This document shows, piece after piece, positions 56,997 to 64,000 of a stretch of 64,000 bases of DNA. The position numbers and the translations under genes were made by a program. Source of the DNA: Candidatus Zhuqueibacterota bacterium. Its GTDB lineage: Bacteria > Zhuqueibacterota > Zhuqueibacteria > Residuimicrobiales > Residuimicrobiaceae. Positions within the stretch are counted from its first letter, which is position 1. Each line of letters begins with the position of its first letter. Below the pieces are notes generated by a model, which was not told where the DNA came from, made no database searches, and worked only from the letters and a program-made list of their open reading frames with translations. The DNA is taken from contig CAUJEL010000172.1 in the NCBI GenBank assembly GCA_963169875.1, forward strand, positions 22,460 to 86,459, in the 5' to 3' direction.

Positions 56997-57145
56997 GCCG
57001 GCGCGCCAAAAGATGGTTACCTCATGACAGAGGGAGATGGAACCATTTAGCAAATAGGTGATCGAATGACCGTGGTTAATGGCTTCTACGCAAACGCGTC
57101 TATATGCTACCGGCGCTAAAAGATGGTTACCTCATGACAGGGGGT
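56997..57145. repeat. Two direct copies of a roughly 36-bp element, spaced 110 bp apart, in the region upstream of phoU
   Basis: Copy 1 is CCGGCGCGCCAAAAGATGGTTACCTCATGACAGAGGG (about 56997-57035). Copy 2 is CCGGCGCTAAAAGATGGTTACCTCATGACAGGGGG (about 57109-57145). The minus strand of each contains CTGTCAT. Confidence 0.6.
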
Positions 57146-57211
57146 GTACAGCTGGGCGGCTCCTGGCGCATATCGCTTACCCTTGGCCAATGCCGTGACA
57201 TATGATAATCC

Positions 57212-58582
57212 TCACGACCCCGCCAGCGCCTTCTGCAGATTCAGCCGTCCGCCGGTGACGCACAATCCGCTGAACGCCGAGACTTTATCGACTGTATTCA
57301 TCAGACGCCCCTTGAGCTGACTCGGCGTCCATCCCGGATTCCGCGCCAGCACCAGGGCTGCCGCGCCGGAGACATAGGGCGCGGACATGGAGGTGCCGGA
57401 AAAAACAGCATAGCCGCCGGGCACAGTGGAAAGGATATCCTTTCCCGGCGCGGCCAGATCCACCGTGGTTACGCCAAAATTGGAACCGGGCACGGCCGCC
57501 ACCACATTGCTGCAGCCAAAGCCGCAGTCATCCGTTGTTTCATTCTCATTGCCCCACACCGCGCGCTGATCTCCGGCATCCGAGGCTGCCACGGAAATGA
57601 CATTGGGCACCTCAAAACAGGCTGGATATTCAGGCGTGTCATCGGTGTTCACACCACCGTTGCCGGCCGCAGCCACCAACAGAACGCCCTGACCATTGGC
57701 ATAGGTAACCATGTTGCGCAGCGTCTCGGAATAATCCGGCCCGCCCCAGCTGCAGTTGAGAATATCAACGCCCATATTGGCCGCGTATTCGATCGCCTCG
57801 ATGGCATCGCCGACATTGCCATCGCCCGCGGCATTGAGAAATTTGAGTCCCATGATGCGCACCTGCCAGCACACGCCGCTGACGCCCTGACCATTGTTTC
57901 CCACCGCGCCGGCAATGCCCGCCACATGGGTGCCATGGGCATTGTCATCATATACATCATTATGATCGGCGAGAAAATTAAATCCCTTCCAGTCGTCCAC
58001 CAGGCCGTTGCCATCATCATCAATCTTGTTTCCGGTGCTTGGATCATTGGGGTCAGACCAGGGGTCTTCGCCTGGATTGGTGTACAAGTTATTCTTCAAA
58101 TCCGCATGACGGTAATCCATCCCGCTGTCGAGGACGCCGATGATGACGCTGGTCGTGCCGGTGATGGTGTCCCATGCAGGCGCCGCATCAATGTCCGCAC
58201 CTGACAAGCCGCCCGTCTGGCCGGTGTTTCTCAGACCCCACTGCTGGCCAAATTGGGTGTCATTGGGTATGATTGACGCACGCACCAGATAATTGGGCTC
58301 AGCATACTCAACCGCGCCGGATTTGTACAACTGTTCGATGGCCTCCTGGACAGTCATATCTCCGGGCAGGCGCAGACGCTGCACTCCGATGCTGCGGACG
58401 CGTGCCATCGTACGGGCGCCCAGATTCGAGACGATGGATTCACTCGACTGCGCACTCACCGTTCCTTTGAATTTAACCAATACCTCACCATCGACAAATT
58501 GTGAGGAACGCGGGCTTTTCCAGGCCGCACTCATCATCACAACTACGACAAACAAACCGATGACATAGAGCAAACGTCTCAT
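57212..58582 (-). CDS. Secreted S8-family subtilisin-like serine peptidase with an N-terminal propeptide
   Basis: A signal peptide and an I9-like propeptide precede the catalytic triad contexts 'VLDSGMD', 'HGTHVAG' and 'GTSMSAPYVSG'. Confidence 0.9.
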   Translation of the reverse strand: MRRLLYVIGLFVVVVMMSAAWKSPRSSQFVDGEVLVKFKGTVSAQSSESIVSNLGARTMARVRSIGVQRLRLPGDMTVQEAIEQLYKSGAVEYAEPNYLVRASIIPNDTQFGQQWGLRNTGQTGGLSGADIDAAPAWDTITGTTSVIIGVLDSGMDYRHADLKNNLYTNPGEDPWSDPNDPSTGNKIDDDGNGLVDDWKGFNFLADHNDVYDDNAHGTHVAGIAGAVGNNGQGVSGVCWQVRIMGLKFLNAAGDGNVGDAIEAIEYAANMGVDILNCSWGGPDYSETLRNMVTYANGQGVLLVAAAGNGGVNTDDTPEYPACFEVPNVISVAASDAGDQRAVWGNENETTDDCGFGCSNVVAAVPGSNFGVTTVDLAAPGKDILSTVPGGYAVFSGTSMSAPYVSGAAALVLARNPGWTPSQLKGRLMNTVDKVSAFSGLCVTGGRLNLQKALAGS

Positions 58583-58658
58583 GATGCCTCCAAAAACTTA
58601 AAAAACCAGCGAATCGTCTCACCTGTAGCTGTCACACGAGTGACCCCGGGGCGATTTG

Positions 58659-59369
58659 CTAATATCCCCACAGCGATTCGGAGCGGATTCGTTCCGCGGC
58701 AACGCCCTTTTCCCGCAATTGCCCCGTGAGCGCCTCCACCATCTTTGGCGGACCGCAGAGGAAAAACGTCGCGTCCTCCGCGCCGGGCGCCCGTTCAAAA
58801 GCCAAATCTGCGCTGAGCCAGCGCCGCTCTCCGCGCCATTCGTCTCCCGCCGGCAGCTCGGTCATGGTCGGGATGTAATGTAAAAACGGCGCCCGCTTTT
58901 CATATTCCAGAAATAGTTCATGATAGGCGCTGGTCTCGGGGCGGGCATTACCATAGAGCAGCGTAATCCGGCCCTTTGTTCCAATCCGCAGGGCATGGCC
59001 GAGCATGCTGCGAAACGGCGTGATGCCGATGCCCCCGGCCATATATATGGCGTTCTCCAGAGCCGCATCGTAGATAAAATTTCCCTGGGGTCCAAGATAC
59101 TCAAATTCCGCGCCGGTTTCGATCTCCAGCAGGGTACGTTTATAGCCGCTCTCACTGATGCGCGTTGCAATGTGAATAACCTGTTCCTCGGGCGAAGAGG
59201 CAATGGTGAAGGTTCGGCGCGGACCTTTGCTGTCTTCGTACTTTAAGGCCGGCACTTTCAGATTGATATTCTGCCCGGCTGCAAAAACAAAATCCTCCGG
59301 TTTGTGAAAGGCCAATTCTATTGTGCCTTGCGCAATCTGCCGTTGTCCGATATACGTGAGAGTCTTCAC
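58659..59369 (-). CDS. FNR-like FAD/NAD(P)-binding oxidoreductase
   Basis: It carries 'RTFTIASS' (an RxYS-type FAD motif), 'MAGGIGITPF' (NAD binding) and 'FLCGPPKM'. Confidence 0.7.
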   Translation of the reverse strand: MKTLTYIGQRQIAQGTIELAFHKPEDFVFAAGQNINLKVPALKYEDSKGPRRTFTIASSPEEQVIHIATRISESGYKRTLLEIETGAEFEYLGPQGNFIYDAALENAIYMAGGIGITPFRSMLGHALRIGTKGRITLLYGNARPETSAYHELFLEYEKRAPFLHYIPTMTELPAGDEWRGERRWLSADLAFERAPGAEDATFFLCGPPKMVEALTGQLREKGVAAERIRSESLWGY

Positions 59370-59383
59370 ACTGAACCTTTCCT

Positions 59384-61591
59384 TTATTTTTTCCTGCGGC
59401 CACGCCGCTCTCGTTTATATTCAGGCGCGCGCGCCTCATCCGGTTTCTTGGTATTCTCTTTGCTGACTAAAACAAAGTCCACCAACCGTTCATTCCGGTC
59501 CACCCGGCTGATGCGCACACGCACCCGTTCGCCGAGCCGGTAGGTTTTGCCGCTGTGCTGGCCGGTCAGTTGATATTTCGATTCTTCATAAATATAGTAA
59601 TCATCCCCCAAATCCGAAATGTGAATCAAGCCATCGACCATGAATTCCGGCAGGGTCACAAAAATACCGAAGGAGACAATGCGGCAGATAAATCCATCAT
59701 GCACATCGCCAATATGATTTTCCATGTATTCGATTTGCTTCAGCTTGATGGAGGCTCTTTCCGCTTCCTGGGCCCGGACCTCGCTCTCGCTGTTGCTCTT
59801 GCAGCGCGTCTCCAGCTGATCGGTCAACGGCCCCTCCGATGTCCCCAGCGGATCGGACAGATACGCTTTCAGCAGGCGGTGCACCATTAAATCCGGATAA
59901 CGGCGGATGGGGGAGGTAAAATGCGTATAATATTTATAGGCCAGGCCAAAATGACCGGCATTGGCGGTTCCATATTTGGCCTTGGTCATGGCCCTGAGCA
60001 AGGCATCCTGCAGCACCACGCTGGCCGCGCTGCGTTGAAATTCACGGGAGAGACGTTGAAAGAAATGCGGGGTGATGCGTTTGGGCGCGTCCAGATTGAA
60101 TCCGAACAGCTTCGCCAGTTTCAGGAGTTCCATCACATCCGCCTTGGAGGGTTTGTCGTGAATGCGATAGACAAACGGCGGCGTCCTCTGCATCTCCTCC
60201 GCCAGCGTTTCGCCCACATGGCGTGCGACGGTTTCATTGGCGAGGAGCATGAACTCCTCGATGAGGCGGTGCGTTGCCAGACGTTCGCGGCGGGTTAGTT
60301 CAACGGGATGCCCCGCTTCATCCAATCGCACCTTAATTTCCATGGACTCAAAATCGATGCTGCCCCGCTGCTCGCGTTTTTTGATCATTTTGCGCGACAG
60401 ATCCAGCATCGCGCGCAGCGTCAGCGCCTGCGGATTCTGCTGACTGCCATCGATCAGCGCCTGCGCCTCTTCATAGGAGAACCGTTTTTTACTATTGATG
60501 ACCGACTCGTGACAAGCATAATTGACCAGATCGGCCGCGGGCGTCAGTTCCAGGAGAACGGAAAAACAGAGTTTGTCCTCGCCCTGTTTGAGGCTGCAGA
60601 GTTCATTGGAAAGCCGTTCCGGCAGCATGGGGATGACGCGGTCGACCAGGTAGATGGAAGTGCCGCGACGCAGCGCTTCGGCGTCGGTTGCGCTGCCCGG
60701 CACCACATAATGACTGACATCGGCGATGTGGACGCCGAGCTGCCAATTACCGTTATCCAGCTTTTGCAGCGAGACGGCATCGTCAAAATCCTTGGCATCA
60801 GCCGGATCGATGGTGAAGATCAGCCAATCGCGGCAGTCGAGGCGGCCGGATGCTTTGATATCCAGCGGTGCCGGCTGATATTTTTCGACCTCGTGCAGGA
60901 CCTTGTCCGGGAATTCAGGATTCAGATCGAATCCATGCACAATCGACAGGATATCCACCCCGGGTTCATCGTCAAACCCCAACACATGGGTGATGTGCCC
61001 TTCCGGATTCAGATGCGCATGCGGCCAGGCGTCAATTACAGCGACGACTTTATGCCCATCCTGCGCGCCGGAACTCTCCGGTTCCGGGATGATGATATCC
61101 GTTTGGATCTTGATGTCATCCGGCACAACAAAAGCATAGTGCTTGCCCCAACGAAACGTGCCAACAATGCTGCTGCGGCCGCGGGAAAGCACATCGACGA
61201 CGACGCCCTCCTGACGATCTCCGGCGATGGCCGCCAAAAGCCGGACCTGGACGCGATCTTTATGCAAAGCCGAGCCTCTGTTTTTGGCGCTGATATAGAC
61301 ATCGTCGCCGCCATCATCGCGCACGAGAAAGCCATTCCCCTGCGAATTGACGCGCAGAATGCCGGTGGCCATGGCGGCCTTGGACAATCCGGCATAACGG
61401 TTTTTTTTCAACTTGAGCAACTTGCCGTCAGCTGCCAGGGCGCGCAGTGCTTTGCGCAGTTCGAGATAATCCGATTTGGCCATGCTCAATTCACGCGCCA
61501 GTTCTTTGGCCTTGTAGGACTTTTGCGGATTGCGTTGCAGGAATGCGGAGATTTCCGCGTACAGGTCGGATTGGCTTTTCAATGGTGTCAT
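59384..61591 (-). CDS. rnr: Ribonuclease R
   Basis: It has the RNB domain ('FTIDPADAKDFDDAVS'), cold-shock and S1 domains, and a Lys/Arg-rich C-terminal tail. ATG 61591 sits within the longer track ORF. Confidence 0.9.
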   Translation of the reverse strand: MTPLKSQSDLYAEISAFLQRNPQKSYKAKELARELSMAKSDYLELRKALRALAADGKLLKLKKNRYAGLSKAAMATGILRVNSQGNGFLVRDDGGDDVYISAKNRGSALHKDRVQVRLLAAIAGDRQEGVVVDVLSRGRSSIVGTFRWGKHYAFVVPDDIKIQTDIIIPEPESSGAQDGHKVVAVIDAWPHAHLNPEGHITHVLGFDDEPGVDILSIVHGFDLNPEFPDKVLHEVEKYQPAPLDIKASGRLDCRDWLIFTIDPADAKDFDDAVSLQKLDNGNWQLGVHIADVSHYVVPGSATDAEALRRGTSIYLVDRVIPMLPERLSNELCSLKQGEDKLCFSVLLELTPAADLVNYACHESVINSKKRFSYEEAQALIDGSQQNPQALTLRAMLDLSRKMIKKREQRGSIDFESMEIKVRLDEAGHPVELTRRERLATHRLIEEFMLLANETVARHVGETLAEEMQRTPPFVYRIHDKPSKADVMELLKLAKLFGFNLDAPKRITPHFFQRLSREFQRSAASVVLQDALLRAMTKAKYGTANAGHFGLAYKYYTHFTSPIRRYPDLMVHRLLKAYLSDPLGTSEGPLTDQLETRCKSNSESEVRAQEAERASIKLKQIEYMENHIGDVHDGFICRIVSFGIFVTLPEFMVDGLIHISDLGDDYYIYEESKYQLTGQHSGKTYRLGERVRVRISRVDRNERLVDFVLVSKENTKKPDEARAPEYKRERRGRRKK

Positions 61592-61792
61592 GGTGCACCT
61601 TTCGCCAAATGAAAGAAGGAAATGGAAAAGTAGCTTTGTAAAAACAATGAGATGCTCACCACTCCGGGATTCTCTCGTTCCCAATCTCGAGAGACTGTGT
61701 GGAATCACCAAAAAACATGTCACCCGGAGGAGCGAATCGACGAGAAATCTCCTTAATGGACAGCCGTAATATATAAATTATATTAGGCTGAA

Positions 61793-61828
61793 ATCCCGAG
61801 ACCGGCAAAATGCGAAGGTCTCGGGATG
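61793..61828 (-). terminator. Stem-loop downstream of the phosphomannomutase gene with a weak U-tract
   Basis: The sequence ATCCCGAGACCggcaaaatgcgaagGGTCTCGGGAT forms an 11-bp perfect stem. Confidence 0.45.
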
Positions 61829-61896
61829 ACGTTTTGGGTGTGCCGCATTTGTTTTCACACCCTCTGGCCCGCTTGGGAACGTACGACGCAACGGAC

Positions 61897-63276
61897 TCAG
61901 ACCGAAAAATCATCCGGATCATAGGAAACGGCTGCAAACTGGTCCAGCTTATTCTTGAAAATGGTCATGATTTCCTCCAGCCTGGCCGTGGTTTTGGCTT
62001 CAAAACGCAGCACCAGCACAGGCTGTGTATTGGAAGCGCGGACCAGGCCCCAGCCATCGCCGAAGAGTACGCGGGCGCCATCTATGGTAATCGTTTGGTA
62101 TTCCTGGCTGAAAGATTTCACCAGATGGTCGATCACGGCAAATTTTTCCGTGTCCGGGCAATCCACCCGGATTTCCGGCGTGGAGACGAAGGAAGGCAGT
62201 TCATCCACAATATCCGCGAAAGACTTATCGGACTCGGCCACAATGCGCATGATGCGGCCGGATGCATAGAGGCCGTCGTCAAATCCAAAAAATTCGTCGG
62301 CGAAAAACATGTGCCCCGACATCTCTCCGGCAAAGGGTGAATGGGTTTCCTTCATTTTCGCCTTGAGCAGAGAGTGGCCGGTTTTGTACATGAGCGCGAC
62401 TCCACCGTGCTTTTCGATCTGCTCCGGCAACAGCTGCGAACACTTGACGTCAAAGATGATGGTGGCGCCCGGATTATTGATCAGCACATCGCGGCTCAGA
62501 ATGGCCATGAGCGCGTCCGCGTACACCAGGCGGCCCTTGTTATCCACGATGCCGACCCGGTCGCCGTCGCCATCATAGCCGACGCCAAGATCGGCTTTTT
62601 CTGCCAGGACCAGCTGGCGCAGATCCTGCATGAACTTGGGCACCGTCGGATCGGGCAGATGGTTGGGGAAATGACCGTCGGGCTCGCAATAGAGCGGCAC
62701 GACTTCCACACCGAGACTGCTCCAGAGGTCCGGGGCGATGGGGCCTGCCGCGCCGTTGCCGGCATCAATAACGATCTTGAGTTTGCGCGCAAATTTGAAT
62801 TTGCTCTGCATCATCTGCAAATACGCTTCCAGCACCGATTTTTCCGCCACATGGCCGGCCGTCTTGCGAATAAAATCATTTTTCAGGATGATCTGCTTCA
62901 ACGCCTGTATGTCAGCGCCGTGCAGCGAACCCAGGCCCTCGCACATTTTAAATCCATTGAATTCGATGGGATTGTGACTGCCGGTGATCATGACGCCGCC
63001 GTCGGCTTTCAAGTGCAGAATGGCATAATACAGGATGGGCGTTGTGCATTCGCCGACATGATCGACATCCAGTCCCGTGGAAATCACACCATCGGTAAAA
63101 AGCTTGGCCAGATGCGGAGAACTCAGACGCACATCATGTCCGATGGCAACGCGCTGGTGACCCTTACGGCTCATCCACGTGCCATAAGCCCGGCCGATAT
63201 TATAAACCACATCGTTGGTGAGGTCTGTTTTTACCACGCCGCGAATATCATACTCGCGAAAGATGCTCTCATTCAT
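61897..63276 (-). CDS. Phosphomannomutase/phosphoglucomutase (alpha-D-phosphohexomutase family)
   Basis: It carries the active-site 'TGSHNP', the Mg loop 'DGDGDR' and the sugar-binding 'GEMSGH' motif. Confidence 0.9.
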   Translation of the reverse strand: MNESIFREYDIRGVVKTDLTNDVVYNIGRAYGTWMSRKGHQRVAIGHDVRLSSPHLAKLFTDGVISTGLDVDHVGECTTPILYYAILHLKADGGVMITGSHNPIEFNGFKMCEGLGSLHGADIQALKQIILKNDFIRKTAGHVAEKSVLEAYLQMMQSKFKFARKLKIVIDAGNGAAGPIAPDLWSSLGVEVVPLYCEPDGHFPNHLPDPTVPKFMQDLRQLVLAEKADLGVGYDGDGDRVGIVDNKGRLVYADALMAILSRDVLINNPGATIIFDVKCSQLLPEQIEKHGGVALMYKTGHSLLKAKMKETHSPFAGEMSGHMFFADEFFGFDDGLYASGRIMRIVAESDKSFADIVDELPSFVSTPEIRVDCPDTEKFAVIDHLVKSFSQEYQTITIDGARVLFGDGWGLVRASNTQPVLVLRFEAKTTARLEEIMTIFKNKLDQFAAVSYDPDDFSV

Positions 63277-64000
63277 AGTGTTCTCCTCGAGTGATCGTAT
63301 GGATGAGCCGTTCCCGTCCGGCCAGATCCCGTTTCATGTCTATTTCGTGAAAGCCATGCTTGCGAAATAGGAACGACACCGGTTCCGCCATGCCGTCACC
63401 AATTTCGATGAAAAACTGACCGCTTTCTTTCAATATCTGCCGCGCCCAGACTGCCAGCCTTTCATAATATAGCAAGCCCTTCTCACCCGCGCAAAGCGCC
63501 TGGCGCGGTTCATAGTCTCTGATTTCCGGCGCCAGCTCAGGATACTCCGCATCACGCACATACGGTGGATTCGAAACCATCATATCAAATCTGTTTTTCC
63601 ACGCAGCGGGCAGATCGGCCAGCAAATCAGCGGCGAGCACTTCGATGCGCTCCTGCAGCTGATGCTTCTCCATATTCTGGCGCGCCCATTGCAACGCCGC
63701 TTCGGATACATCCACGGCTGTCACCTGCGCTGCTTCGAGATAATTGGCCAGCGATATCGCGATGCATCCCGAACCGGTGCCGACATCGATGATGTCGACA
63801 ACGCTCTGCCGTTCAGCCAGTGCCCGGCCAGCCTGAAGTGCGCTTTCGACCAGCAGTTCCGTCTCAGGACGCGGGATCAACACGCCCGGGCCAACCGCAA
63901 AGACCAGGGACATGAACTCGGTCTCGCCGAGAACATATTGCAGCGGCTCATGCGCCAGGATGCGCTTGAACAGGCCTTTGAACGCGGCCAGTTCATCCGG
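63269..64000 (-). CDS. prmC: Release-factor glutamine N5-methyltransferase PrmC/HemK. The N-terminal part lies beyond the window end.
   Basis: It carries 'VGTGSGCIAISLA' (AdoMet binding) and 'NPPYV'. The reading frame continues open to base 64000 (...PDELAAFKGLFKRILAHEPLQYVLGETEF). Confidence 0.85.
   Translation of the reverse strand, partial: PDELAAFKGLFKRILAHEPLQYVLGETEFMSLVFAVGPGVLIPRPETELLVESALQAGRALAERQSVVDIIDVGTGSGCIAISLANYLEAAQVTAVDVSEAALQWARQNMEKHQLQERIEVLAADLLADLPAAWKNRFDMMVSNPPYVRDAEYPELAPEIRDYEPRQALCAGEKGLLYYERLAVWARQILKESGQFFIEIGDGMAEPVSFLFRKHGFHEIDMKRDLAGRERLIHTITRGEHYE

Noticed and set aside
60308-61612. A 434-aa plus-strand ORF antisense to rnr, and a 317-aa ORF (62341..63294) antisense to the phosphomannomutase gene.
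   Set aside because: These are shadow ORFs opposite strongly supported genes.
1-64000. A search for tRNA, rRNA, CRISPR arrays, IS elements, integrases and phage genes.
   Set aside because: No tRNA-like T-loop or acceptor pattern was found in any intergenic gap. There are no repeat-spacer arrays and no transposase or recombinase-like ORFs. The window appears to be core chromosome apart from the 19.6-25.8 kb surface-protein cluster.

Overview
This 64-kb window reads as a GC-rich bacterial chromosome segment, judged by eye and not computed. It is densely packed with 51 supportable CDS. I found no rRNA, tRNA, CRISPR, transposase or integrase. Several secreted proteins end in a C-terminal beta-sandwich sorting domain of the T9SS type (the C25 and M1 peptidases and two proteins of the 19.6-25.8 kb cluster), which points to an FCB-superphylum-like organism. 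The organism cannot be named from sequence alone.

Most of the window is housekeeping:
- ileS (5'-truncated), a DksA/TraR-like gene and lspA
- a hybrid histidine kinase
- tkt
- pbpC
- an aminotransferase
- C69, PepT, M1, S8 and C25 peptidases
- glgP, fabL, a TrmH-family methyltransferase, ptsN, pyk, a parvulin PPIase and cspA
- PiT plus a DUF47 partner
- a complete phoU-pstSCAB operon with two pstB genes
- rnr, a phosphomannomutase and prmC (3'-truncated)

The parts that look accessory or unusual are these:
1. A four-gene minus-strand cluster (19.6-25.8 kb) of secreted proteins built from cohesin-like and type-I-dockerin-like modules, Ig-like tandem repeats and T9SS sorting domains. This is a cellulosome-style cohesin/dockerin surface-assembly system apparently anchored through T9SS, and I consider it the most interesting candidate system in the window.
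2. A four-gene operon encoding an ECF sigma factor, a ZAS anti-sigma factor, a periplasmic LTXXQ/Spy-like protein and a tiny Cys-rich secreted protein with tandem repeats.
3. PhoU fused to a catalytically dead ArsC/LMW-PTP-like domain, alongside a PstB paralog with a degenerate H-loop and Walker B.
4. A locus encoding a double-activase-DUF2229 fusion, an HgdB-like protein and PlsC. This resembles anaerobic plasmalogen synthase (PlsA/PlsR) coupled to an acyltransferase.
5. A hybrid kinase whose N-terminal receiver carries Asn in place of the phospho-acceptor Asp.

The many long antisense ORFs in the six-frame track are typical high-GC shadow ORFs and were rejected.
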